Notes under the pieces: model-generated
What the model was told of the DNA's origin: nothing
What the model saw: the letters and a program-made list of their open reading frames with translations, nothing else
The model's database searches: none
NCBI GenBank assembly: GCA_002269645.1
Contig: NIVC01000305.1
Coordinates: 62,001 to 126,000 of the forward strand
Direction of reading: 5' to 3'
DNA: 64,000 bases
Source: Macrostomum lignano
Taxonomy: Eukaryota
Translations under genes and position numbers: made by a program
Part shown: in pieces, positions 1 through 12,064 of the stretch
How positions within the stretch are numbered: position 1 is the first letter of the stretch
How the letters are laid out: every line of letters starts with the position of its first letter

Positions 1-1055
1 TCTTGATTTACGAATTAAAGTTTCAAGAAGTTTGCGTCGATTAGTTCAATTTAGAATCTAACTGACATTAAGGCATAAAAGGTGCACTGGTGCAGTTCCA
101 GATAAAGTACCTCGCTCATTTTATGCGTAGGTACATAGCATCCTGTCCTTTCAAAATTATTGCTCCTCTTATCATGTCAATAAAGCTAATGTTTTTTCTT
201 GATATTGGCAGAGTAGCTTGCACGCTAATGTAGCTTAAGTAAATGCATCTCATGAAGTGTTTGCTTCACGTGCACTTACATAACATTGTCGAAATCCAAC
301 ACCTTTTAGTTCCATCAGAGCACGAATATTTCTCTAAAGCTCATCAGACGTCGAAAATTTTGTTGCGTCGAATCGAATATTTAAGAGGTAGCTGCTTTGT
401 CAGTCTGAACAAAATGTCAGTCACGGCAGTTTTTAGCTGTAAAAAACTTCCCGGCTGGATGTCGATTTTCAACTCGTCGATCACCGATTTCTCCACTTTG
501 AACCGCTTCAGAAGCCCATATACGCGTCGTAGGTGTTTGTACCGAAAATTTCGTTAGTTGAGAAATTATCTAGTCCCTACCTGAGCAATTGAATCTGTTT
601 GCTGTACAGTCGATTAGATCACAAAATTTTCGGGTAAACTGACAATGCGTAGCAGCCATAAACTATGGAGAAGTGTTCTACGAACACCAGAGAAGTCACG
701 TTGTCGTCAAATGAGAAGATGTAAAAAGGCTGAGTGAGACCTTATTGGCCCACCGTGCACACGCTGCATTCAGTCCCATTTTTACCGACTTCGACCATTG
801 CAATTTGGATATTGTCGAGTCGTGATAGAGCTCCGTTGACTGCTTTAGCCTCTGTTTGAATATATTTTCCAACTATGGTTTTGTCTTGCTTTGCAGTTGG
901 TGTCCAGTAAAGAGCTCAGGACGCTCGTTGGCTTCACAGTGCCGTCATTCCAGATTGCGGAATTATGTTCCCAAGGATAAAAAACTGCTTCTTGATTTAC
1001 GAATTAAAGTTTCAAGAAGTTTGCGTCGATTAGTTCAATTTAGAATCTAACTGAC
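1..1055. repeat. Direct repeat pair: 1-66 matches 990-1055
   Basis: TCTTGATTTACGAATTAAAG...TAGAATCTAACTGAC occurs at both positions. The first copy may extend beyond the window start. Confidence 0.9.
67..600 (-). mobile_element. Heavily decayed Maverick/Polinton protein-primed DNA polymerase B remnant
   Basis: Broken minus-strand frames give ...GVGFRQCYVS...DAFTxATLACKLLCQYQEKTLALL and GCYVPTHK...ELHQCTFY, resembling the pPolB DPF.Y.TLAS and EFHGCF motifs. Many stops. Confidence 0.35.
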
Positions 1056-1544
1056 TGAATCTGTAGCAGTTATTATAAATAGCTCGTATTAGCTTTATTG
1101 TCCTACTTTTCCTTTCATTGCCTTTCACATAAACCAATAGACAATGACATTTAGATAACACTGTACGCTGCGGAGTAATTCCTGAGCTTTGTCATACGAC
1201 CAGAAATTTACTCAACCCATAGCGTTATAACCGCGAGCTCTAAAAGCTCTAAACTCATAGCAAACATCTAAATATCCCTCGCGCAGAAGTAAAGTTTTAT
1301 CATTATTATTTTCAGCATTACAATTACGAGTATAAAGCTGCTATAACTATTATTTTAAAACGCATCGGTCTTTGAAAACAGCCGTGCCGATCCATTTCAC
1401 CGAAAACAGATTTATGACGCGATTTTGTTTCCTGCTTGGAACACATCGTCTGCTTAGCAATGTGGTGCTTTGCATTTTTGTGGTGCTTTAATTTATTAGT
1501 TTATTATAGCTTAAAAAGGCAATACAGTACTGTAGTAAACTTCA

Positions 1545-2340
1545 AAAGTGATTAGAAAAGAAAAACACTATAAGCAAATTTAAATTGCAAATTACAAAAT
1601 GACAGCATTGGTGCTTAATTTTACTTTCCATTGGAACAGAGAATGATGGAATTGAAAGAAGTATCTGCTTACCAATTAAACGATTTCTGTTAGCTGAATC
1701 AGAGATAAAATGCATTTTGATATTCAGACAACGAACCATAATTCAAAGTTCATAATTCATTTTTAAATTGAAACCCAACAGTTTTTTCTAAATTTTTAGA
1801 ATCTGCGTTGATAATCAGCGGCCAATTTAAGTTCAACTCTACGCGTGTCTAAGCTTGCACTGAAAACAAATAGTTCCCTCTTTTCAATCAAATGCAGCTG
1901 TTAGCAATCTTTTTTACTTTGACTTTGAAAGTGAGACTTTTAACTTCCTTATATCCTGCTTGAATCTTCAACTTTTTCCATGTTCTACCATTATCGTTCG
2001 AGTATCGAAATTCATGATGTTATGACATTAAATACTGCAATTTTTTATACTACCCTCATATTTTCGATCTCCATAAAGATTTATCGGAGTTCCTATAGTT
2101 TGTCAAAATAGATTCCTAACTGAAAAGATCGAATTGTAAAATGATCCGGTAACCTCTTCTCCATTCTCATCCTTAATAATATAAGTTATGGAATTTGAGT
2201 ACACAACTTTCTTAGTCGTGAACACTTTCGAAATTTTCCAGCAACCTTTCAGACCTTTCTCAAAGTGCTCCTTAAGATATGCGCCTTTTCACCTACTTTA
2301 TATTTTGGTTTCTCATTTGTAACCTGGAAAGTTGGTTTTC
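1545..2340 (-). mobile_element. Decayed Maverick/Polinton fragment: integrase C-terminus followed by minor capsid (penton)-like gene
   Basis: KPKYKVGEKAHI..FEKG....ISKV...ITYIIKDENGEEVTGSFY (about 2105-2320), then FRYSNDNGRTWKKLKIQAGY and RVELKLAADYQ. Both match typical Maverick gene motifs and order; frameshifts and stops present. Confidence 0.65.
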
Positions 2341-2469
2341 GTACTCTCTTAGGTTGTTTTGAAGCCTCTGAAGGAGTTATGAGAATCTCAGAATTGACTA
2401 GCAATCTATAGTACCCCCTTCAGGGTGCCCAAAAAGCAAGGGACGAAAATTATTTATGTAAATCCTATT

Positions 2470-2560
2470 TGCCTTGACATCTAAAGCCATTCCCCCAGTA
2501 AGCCTTGCTATCTCAGCAATTTCCCTCAAGCCTTACCATCTCAGCAAGTCCCTCAAGCTT
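2470..2560. repeat. Dispersed repeat built on the core CCTTGACATCTCAGCAA
   Basis: Degenerate tandem copies here. Reverse-complement copies at about 20970-21100, 22240-22380 and 57185-57220. Confidence 0.6.
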
Positions 2561-4234
2561 TTGAAATGTAGCCATTTCCACCGTATGCATTTTAGTACAA
2601 AGCTCCATCTATGCGCACTTTTATCTGCTGATTCGCTAAACGCAGGCTACCAATAGCAGCCTAACATCGCGATGTATTTTAATGCACGAAAGTACGAAGC
2701 AGTCCTTAGACCCTAGCAACCCTCTTGCACTCTTGCAATCTCGCAGACCCCTTATCCCTTTTCTCTACTTTCTACTCACTAGCATACTAACCAAAGATAT
2801 CGATAGTAATCAACTTACATGTATAAATTAAATCCACAACCAGCACCCGACCGACGAAAAATTACAGACGTTAGCCTCGAAAATCAGATCATCTGAGTAT
2901 CGATTAGTATTGTTGTATATTATATTCTGACTTCTTCATACTTCGTATTTAGGAATTTAACATCTCTGTATTTTGCGTGAACATCACCGGTGAATTCGAT
3001 CGAAATATAATATCAGAAGAGAAAGTTTAACACAGTCGGACTTGCCGCTTATTGCCTCAACTTAGAATACTCGTACTCGGACACAGATCCAACAGAGAGC
3101 TAAAACCACATTTAAAAGAGTACTCGTATTTCACTTTTACATCTTAGCGAATTCGCCCAGTAATCATGATATCTCAGAAACCCCCCGTAACACAGATAGC
3201 AAGCATCCCCCTGATAGCAAGCACCCCAAGATAGCAAGTAGCTAGTGCAACAATTTCCTTAACTAGTGCAATAATCATTTACTCATCAAGTGAAATAATC
3301 CTTTTCTCATGTAGTGCAATAACCCTTTTCTTTGCCAGTGCAATAATTTTTTTCCAGCTAGTCCATCAGCATCGGAGGGGATGTTGCATATTTGATCTGC
3401 TGACAATATTATCATCTATATATTTCTACCCCTATTCATTTAGTCCGTGGTTCCTAGGGACTCAATACGACTGTACTTTTCTTTTGTGTTGAGACTCGAT
3501 AGCTACTTTTCTCAAAAGAAATACAAGCGCTACTAGCCACTGCGGCAAATAAAATAGCTCGTACAATACAAATCGGTCAAAGGTCTTGGTCTTCAACTTG
3601 TTCTACAAACATAACAACATGCAACAAGCCTCTATAGTTATTTCAGTTATTTCGGAAGTTAGAGGAAGTTTCGGGAGTTATTTCACTTGTACACTATCGC
3701 AGACCATTGACTGAGGCAGGGGTAGTGTTATCAGCGCTTTTGCTTGCTTGCGTGCTAGACAAGCAGTCCTAATTAGCTGCGAATCAGCCGCGGCTAATTC
3801 TGCAGTACTGCTGGAGACCAAGAGTGAGATAGAAATTGCTGGACTTTCACTTGATAAATCAGTGTAACTCACCCGTGCACATTTTGCTAATCAAAAGTCG
3901 GAAACCCCTGTCATCGTATATGAAATGCTGAATCATGCGAGCAGGAAGAATTATTCCGTGATAGACAGTTGATTTATTTCCTTTTTTAATCTAAGAGGGC
4001 TGCGTAGAAGTTAAGCAGTTGTTTAAATTCCGAGTATTATTTCGCAAAAATGTTACTCGTACTTAAACATTTTAATGCTCATTTCTAATTGAAAATATTT
4101 CCCGCAACAAATTTTCTAAAATTGAGCTCACTTTTTTCTGACAATGAAATTTCAAAAACCAAAAGAATGCAATTTGAATTCGTAATTTTCGATTTGAAAT
4201 TTTTTCAACGATAATAATTTATATAAAATATAAG

Positions 4235-4300
4235 TTAATATAATTATAATTATAATTTAATATATAAATATAAATATAAATAAATATAAATATAATTTAA
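4235..4300. repeat. AT-rich microsatellite (ATAAAT/ATAATT)n
   Basis: Directly visible low-complexity run. Confidence 0.85.
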
Positions 4301-4572
4301 AATATCATTTTCTGCAACAAACTTATTTAAATTTTTTAAATAAATGCCTTAATTGAGTCAGAGCTACAAGCAATTTCTGCTAACAGTGAAATTCTTAAAG
4401 AAAAAGAAAAGTTTATTGTATCGAAGTATCGAATCAAATTATCGAAGCGTAAAATACTATAAATTTAAATGTTCGAGATCATCAGGTTCGACTATTCGAA
4501 GAGACACAAAGCTACGCAATTTCTCAAAAATTGAAGCAAACTTTGTTACTGAAAACGCACAACCTGTCTCAG

Positions 4573-6716
4573 ACTCGACTAGCCTTAGTTGTGCTGAGTG
4601 CTGCTCTGACTGGCTTCTGTGTCGCTGTGGGCCCAGATTCGGTGACCGTTAGCCCCATCATTCAAGGCGGCCTGCAATGCAAAGCTCGAAAAGTCGAGTG
4701 GTGCTTGGCAGAGGAAGCCGAGTGTCCACCAGGGTTCAGGTGAAGTGATACATTTTGGCCCTAAAAGTTCCCATCCAGATTGAATGTATTTTTCAACCTA
4801 TGAATGCTTCATAACTAGCAAAAGCTGAGGACACGACCCCAACCTTAACCAATGAAAAGTAGTTATGTATCACCCAATGCGATCAAGACTACGAGCTAAA
4901 AGTACTATAAAAATCAATGTCTACCAAACAAGAAGCTCGCCCTCGCCCTCTCTTCGCCTGTCTCGCTGTAAGAGCTTCTAAGAATGAATTTTGATTGAAA
5001 CAGTTAGGGTCTCAACCCAAATACCAAAACTGATAAAATTGACCTATTGAGACCAATTTTCCAGACAACCCTTACTCCACAGTAGACTGAACCTTCGGTT
5101 CACCTAAATAACCAGAACCCATTGTAACTTGAATCAATCGAGCTTCTTATTTGGAATTCTATCTTTAGACATTGTATTTTGTAATATAACATCTCGAGAT
5201 TGTCACCATCAAACAAAACGGTATGTAAAGTTACCATCAAATGTTTTCATCATCAGGAAAAGTTAGTTGAATCAGCCGCCTGTTATTTGGCTCTCACATT
5301 GATACTTTAAGTAGACATAGAGCCATAGGTGTGAGAGACAAGACGAACAACAGCATATTTAAAGTATATTTCACAGGCTCATCGCCGATGCCAACTTATG
5401 CGCTCCATGCGAGGCTGGTAGCTTCAAGAACACCTCCGGAGATCACGGCTGCCTGAAGTGCCCTGCGGGTACCTTTACGGGGAGCTCGGGAAGTAGCCAA
5501 TGCACTCAGTGCCCGGCTGGAAGCTACGCTGGCAGCGTAGGAAACATGGGCTGCATGAAGTGTTCTCCAGGAACCTTTTCCAACATTCCCGGAATGAGAA
5601 TTTGCTTATCGTGTCCTGCTGGAACCTACTCCGATAGTCACGGAAGCAGGCGTTGCACCAAGTGTCCCATTAACGAATACTCCTCCAGCAGCGGAAACAC
5701 GCGATGCAAGGTGTGCCCCGATGGAACAATCGCTCCCATCCCAGGAAGCCAACAATGCTATGGTGGGTTTGCGTAATTCCAATAGAAGTGCAATTGTACA
5801 ATATTTTAATTAGCTCATTGAATAAGTTTAGTCTTGAAAGGAACCTTATCCAAAAAATACCTTCAATCCAATTTCACACAGCAGAATAATGCGAGGTCCA
5901 GACTGATGCCAGTTTGTGACCTTTTCTCCTAACTTGCTTATATTTGCAGCTCCTGAACGAATTGGCTGCTTTTTGGACAAGAAAGGCGACAGAGACATAC
6001 CTCAATGGATGATGATGGGAAGCATCAACTCGCCATCTGAATGTGTGAAGTACTGCATTTCCAAGGGTTATTCGTACGCTGGCCTGCAGGCTGCTAAATG
6101 GTGTCACTGCGGCAACTCATTTGGCCGGCACGGCAAAGTGCAGGACTCGGAGTGCAGCATGAAGTGCCCCGGAGACAATAAGTGGACCTGTGGCAACCAT
6201 TTTAGAAACGAAGTGTACTCTAGTGAGTCAGCTCAAGTGGCCAGCTGCCATCAGATCACACGACCGATGTACATCGGAATGACAGTTGATGTACATGTAA
6301 AAGTCGTGTGATCAAGCTAAATTTGGTCCTATTTGATAGCGGTGTAAACGAGCCAAATCATTGTATTCTTTATTGTGTCCTACTACTTCCAAAATTTATC
6401 AAATGACTCCGTTTCTTTTCACAGCTCTCATGCGAATTGGCTGCTTTGTGGACAGGGAAACTAGAGATTTAAATGGATTCATAACGGGCTTTGGAAATGG
6501 TTTACCATTATACTGCGTGAGGACCTGCAAATCTAAATTATTTAAATATGCAGCAGTACAGGCTGCTGGTTGGTGTCTTTGTGGCAACTCATATGGCTTG
6601 TATGGCTCAGCTCCAGACACTGATTGCTCTAGGTTGTGTACTATGGACAGCACACAGACTTGCGGGGGAATTGGAGAAACGAAGTCTACTACACAGGCGA
6701 GTTAGAAAACATGTAA
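4573..6716 (+). CDS. Secreted protein: signal peptide, Cys-rich CPAG(T/S)Y repeats (ephrin-receptor-like/GCC2-GCC3 type) and two WSC domains
   Basis: Exons 4573-4739, 5377-5762, 5950-6222 and 6425 to about 6716, with GT-AG sites and matching phases (2,1,1). Repeats read CxxCPAGTF/Y; WSC motifs IGCFxD...C...C...YAGLQ...WCxCGN. No in-frame ATG before the signal peptide, and a 1-nt frameshift in the G-run at 6664-6668. Confidence 0.8.
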
Positions 6717-7683
6717 GCCAAGCCAATGATGCGCTGTCTTGTGGCAACAGTCTATCTCACCACCTGCCACTAAGTCCCCATTAGGCACCTTTCTCTTTTA
6801 CCTCTGTTTTTCGCCCTTCTAACTTAACTAAACTTAACCTGGCTTGATATTCTTTTGCTTTGACTTTTCATGCAGCTTATTCCTATCCAATTTCTATTCC
6901 CTATACTTTCATGTCAGTTTGCCTTCCATCAGTCTATCTTTTGATCATCATATATATTTTAAATAAATCTGCTACTTTTCGCCTTGCTGTGCCCTTAGCA
7001 TAAAAAATGATTAATCATAATCCACATTTCAGATGATCAAAAAGTCCATCAAACCCGCTTAGAAAGGAAAGCTTACTGCTGTTTGATTGAAGTGAACTTA
7101 TTGACTCGGACGGATAATTTGAATTGCTTGGAAAGTTCATGAATAAAACTGATTGCACTTGAAATGACAACAAGCAACTAGCTTTTTGTTTGCTTTTTTC
7201 TCGGCATGTTTGATAGCCTGAAAATCGGATAGCGTCAGATTGCCTGATAGCCTGAGCGACGGGGACTACTACAAGTAAGTTGCAATATATTCTGCAAGTT
7301 CCAAACACAAATGCAAGTAGTCTGTGAGCATTTGAAGGGCGGACATGGAGGGGCTCTATAGGCTTTCTGACTAAGAAGAGTAAGGTGTGCACTGAGGGGG
7401 ATGGGCTGGCAAAAAGGGCTGACATATCAGGGATTGCCGCAACTAAGCAGATAGGGGGAGTTAACCAATCACACGCCAAAAGCAAAAGAGACGAACCGCA
7501 GGCAGGTAAATGTCTATGGCTCGAAGCAGCGCGAGAGGTGGGGAAAGCGACCCCAATCCCGAAAAAGGAGGAGAAAAAAGAGAGAACAGGAATATAAAAG
7601 CAAGGAGGCAGTAAAAGAAGCGAAGCCAAACCACGAACGCCAATGTAAAACGCCAAAGGGTCAAAAAACGAGCGAGTAAGCAG

Positions 7684-8470
7684 TCAAAAGGCCAGACAGG
7701 CAACGACCCGCCTAGCTGCCGCCCGACGGCGGGAAAAGGACGCCTCATCGGAGGAATACCGAAAGACGCAGTCTGAACGCCAGTCGCCCATGCAACGGAT
7801 GTCGGCGATAGAGAGGCCTGATTGAAAGGCAGCGCTGGCCCCGCCTCTACGCAGACTGTGACCCGAGAAGCCGCACTCGCCAAAGCCGCACAGAGACATG
7901 CCCCGCTTTAGGAGCCGGATGAACATAGCGGCAGACAAGCGAGTTTCTTGGACAGATTACAGGGGCTGCTGCGACGCGTAGATTTGATTCTCTTGCAGAT
8001 GAGTTGCTAGATCGGTAGCGGGACAAATAAGCAGGCATTCGGAGGCCTGCGGCAGAAAAACTTCCAGTTGCCACTCCTTGAATTGTTTCGTCTTTGACCT
8101 GTTGAGCACTAGCCGCAGGCCACCGGGGCACGCTGATAGGCGGATCCGGGGAAGAGCGGCCGCAGCAGTGGATGGTAAGAGCTCGCCGAGCCTAAGGACT
8201 CCCCACAAGGCCACCAGCAATGCCGCCTTGAAGGCGGGCAGCAGACGGGGCGGCAGCGAATGACGTAGCTCGGTGGAGTTGCAGAGCAGGCGGAGGTGGC
8301 TGGGCTTCAGCGGCGTCGCACGCCGAGGCTGCCGGCTCAGAAGACGCCGTGCCCCGCGACACACGAGAGCCAGGCGAGCGCTGAGCTGGCTGAGCCAGCG
8401 CAACTTTCCGGCCAGCTTTTCGAGCTGCTTCAGCTTGACAACGTCACGGGACAGGCAATCGTTCAGAAGT
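7684..8470 (-). mobile_element. Tyrosine-recombinase retrotransposon (Ngaro/DIRS-like) remnant
   Basis: ORFs 7957-8478 and 7684-7938 are one frame split by a TAA. YR residues LRLGE, SKT, GHSLRRGG, GDWRSD and FRY are present. The N-terminal LKQLEKLAGKLRWLSQL resembles a DIRS RT C-terminus. Confidence 0.8.
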
Positions 8471-9119
8471 TTTTTCAAGTATTGTCAAATTTTACTAGAA
8501 AAAATTGACAATAAAATGCATGAAAATGAGCAAAGCAGAAATAAAAGGCGAAATGTGAGATCAGTAGAAATTTGGTATCAAAAATGCGACATTCTGGAAA
8601 ACAAACATAAATTGACTGAACTCTGAAACAATGCAGAAAAGGTAACTGTAAGGCTATTTATAACTAATACGGTAACACAATAATCATCTTTCTAAATCTG
8701 ACTAAATTGCTAAATTTGGAATTGCACACCAAAAAATAGATTGGTGGCTGTACTGAAACAGTGTGGAATTTCATTTTACTGGTGCGGAAGCCAGTGAGGA
8801 GGGGAGTGAGGGGATGGTGGCGAGGAAGGTTGAGAGTAGTAGTGTAGAGTGGGGGGTTGTTCGGAAGGAAAATGTTACCTGACTGCGCGCATGCAGCTAT
8901 GTTGATGAAATGAAAACAAGTCGAACGGACCAAACTAATAAATAAATAATAATACATGGATTAAGAGCTGAGCTTAGCATCAAACTCAAATTGAAGGATT
9001 AAAGTTAAAGTACAACAGGAAATGAGCAAGAGGGAGAGGGAAGAAAGGGAATAATTTTACAGACAACCAAATAGCTTAGAGAGCATGGTTCAAAAAGTAG
9101 GCAGCAGGCTACACTGGTG

Positions 9120-10245
9120 CTAGCTTCCGCAGTCGCCGTCCATTGCTGGGAGATGGCCTCGAAACCTCACATTCCTTTCGCACAAAGCCTTTAAAAAATT
9201 TGCTAATCTTCTAGAAATGCGGCTGACAAGCTCAAGGTCAGCAAGGGCCATGTCAAAAAACGCAATGAAAACCTGGCCGAAAGCTCGCACACAAATTTTT
9301 TTACACAATGCGGCTTCGTTGAACAGAAAAACGAGTAACATAAATATCTAAAAAACAGAAGCCATTCCTGGGGATGTCGAAGCTTACCGCGGGTTAACAG
9401 TAGTGTGAATTCACTGCTCGTGTTATTGAATGAAACTGATGAATCTAGAATCTCTTCTGCAGGAAATTCCTTTGCACTGATGTACCCAGCAATGTAATAC
9501 AGAGAGGCCTTCTCATACACTGCGGTGCTATTACGAGCTAACTTTCTCGGGCAGCTGGTCCAGTACTTCCAAGTCGGCCCCTTAATCCCTTCAGTACAGC
9601 AAGGTGCCTGCGCTGGACTCAGATCAGTCTTCTGCAGTTTGGAATAGAGTTGCATTCGTCGAAGTCCAGCGCTGGCCAAAATTTGATCTACCGACAAATA
9701 AAAGCATCCTCCGTGCCCTTGGCGATAAAGACCAAACTCGGCCTCCAGTCTGTCCGACTGAAGTTCACCTGTGAAGCAAAAAGGTAATGTTAACTTGTGG
9801 TTACGTGCAACCTACATGTAGTTTTAATGAGTACTGAGAGCTTACCTAACAGCACATGCGAAAATCCAATCTCGGAGAGTAAATATTGGCTTAGGTCGAC
9901 AAGGCCATGAACCGTTTGCATAATTGCCTTCTGAGTTTCTGTAGTCAGAGATCTGGTCCGCCCAGCACCTCGTCCACAAGGCATGCGGTCAACCATAGCC
10001 GAGAAATTTAGCAGCTTTGCTAAGCTGTCAGAATCTATAGACGTCACCGGAGCTCTGATTTTATCATTCAATACAATGTGAGACTCGGCGGACTTGACAT
10101 TAACTATTTTCCAAAACATTAGTACCTGATCGATGAAATCCGCAGTGCTTGTGTGATCAATCATGCGAAGTGCTGCAGCAGTCTTTTCATTAAAAATGTC
10201 AAGCACCAGGGACACCTTCTGACGTTCCAGAGGTGATGGATGAAG
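9120..10245 (-). mobile_element. P-element/THAP9-like transposase, C-terminal half, with a 77-nt intron
   Basis: LHPSPLERQKVSLVLDIFNEKT. Splicing 9769-9845 (GTAAG..TTCACAG) gives HVLLGELQSDRLEAEFGLYRQGHGG, typical of P-type transposases. Homopolymer frameshift near 9300; 5' half absent. Confidence 0.75.
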
Positions 10246-11082
10246 CCATCGGCTGGTTCGGGTCCGTGCTGTACACGATTCTTGGTACAGGATGTGAATA
10301 TTGGTACATGGAGCAAATGTCAGAATCCACATCCAGAACTACCATGTGGGCACGATCAACCGAACATCCACCGTAGTTGATGCTGATGAAAAATCTTCGC
10401 AATCCAGTAGAATGAACGAATCATTTGATGCTGAAGTAGTTTGTTGTCATGTTGATGAGGCTGGTCACCGGCCAGGTCTGCACAAGACGCTCCTTTCTGA
10501 ACCAGTTCGTCAGATCAATACCAGCGGAGTTCATCCCGACATCGAACACGAGCCTCACAACCACAGCGGAGCTCTTGTACAGCTGCACGATGAGCTGCTT
10601 GAAGGTCAGGCCGGAGATCAGGCGCTGCAGGTCGTCCAGCACGCTCGAGCGAAAGACATCCGGTAAGTCGGCGGCATCTGGGTGAGCTGGCGGAATCGCT
10701 CCAGTCAGCACGTTCCATACCTTGTAGCCGCAGCCGCTCTTCACGCTCATGACAAGGTCCTTTGGGGCGGCCAGCAAAATTGCAGGTGCAAGTACATTGT
10801 ACGGACAGTCCGTAGGGCACAGCTCGTAGTGAGGGCAGTAATTGCGTTAATTATGTAACATTTGTCCTCGGAATTCGAAAGGATAGCAACAGACAGGACG
10901 GGCGACACAGCGGCAGCCCTGACACAGTCGAGAATGCGTATTGTGCTCAGCTTGAGCAACTCGGTGCAATTGGGCAAGTATGGGTAGCGCTGGAACTGGA
11001 GTATCTCAGTAGCAGAAACAGTTGGTTTAGCAAGGCTGAAGTAGAGAATGCCTGCTATATAAATATGTAGATTAGCCTTCAT
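10199..11082 (-). pseudogene. PAN/Apple-like + unnamed C-terminal domain gene, paralogue 1 (disabled)
   Basis: Collinear with intact 16735-17646. ATG at 11082 with hydrophobic leader, 1-nt deletion near 10843, in-frame TGA at 10421-10423, and the last codons replaced by transposase DNA. Confidence 0.85.
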
Positions 11083-11534
11083 CCTGAGTTTCAAGATGCC
11101 GATTACGGAAGTCTGCTCAGTAGCAATCGAAAAAGTTTTAGGAAGTTCAGTTTATCTATGAGCTGATTTCTTTATATTCTTGTTTCTAAGAGCCAAAATG
11201 ATGAGTACAGCTGAGCATCAAATAACAAACTATTTGATTGGTGCTTGCAGCTCAGCGAATAGAATAGCGATACTGATTCTGCAAATTGAGACTCGAGTGA
11301 AGATACCTTCTGAGGTTTCATTTAGATATACAGCGATTCACTAAACTGTCTACTTCAAGTATTAGAGTGAATGAATGCAATTATGAATAAACATGAATAA
11401 ATGAAAACTATGAATAAATATTAATAGTGCAGAGGCTACCGTAATCACCTTTATTGGAGGCGGGGTAGGTGTCAGTTCAGTATCGATATCTAAGCCCTCC
11501 CAATGGATGGCGTCTCCACCCCGTGTATTAAACC

Positions 11535-11900
11535 ACGAGGAGGTGCACTTTGGGAGTCTGCGTCTGCTACTTGTAGTAAGCTAGGCTGGTCGCATTTTCT
11601 TCTCATTTGTTTTCTAGAATCTGTTTCGTACAGAAATCACATTGATTAAGTATACAAAATACACACACTGAAGAACACTATATAGACAGTTTCATTATAA
11701 TGTTGATAGTTATATATGTTATATTAAGCGTTAGTCCGCATGAGACTTATAATGTTCATGTAGGGGGTGTGTTGCAAGGGTCAGGGGAGCTGGAGAGTGT
11801 TTTGCAAGGGTCAGGGGAGCTGGAGAGTGTTTTGCAAGGGTCAGGGGATCTGGAGAGTGTTTTGCAAGGGTCAGGGAATCTGGAGGGTGTGTGCTAAGGA
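11535..11900. repeat. Dispersed element with terminal 30-bp VNTR (copy 1 of 3)
   Basis: GCACTTTGGGAG...GGCTGGTCGCATTTTCTTCTC...CAGAAATCACA..TATACAAAATACAC is shared with 20620-20910 and 26160-26920. About 4 units of GCAAGGGTCAGGGGAGCTGGAGAGTGTTTT. Confidence 0.8.
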
Positions 11901-12064
11901 CATGAGATCTGGAGTGCATTGGCATTTGATTTTTAAGATACGAATATTGCAGCTAGCACAGCAGCCTCAATGTCTTAAATTGAATTTCAAAGCGTTTCCC
12001 TAGAAGCTTCGGTAGTTTAAGCATGTTTATTTTTCATTAATATTATTATTTTTTAGTTGAGTAA

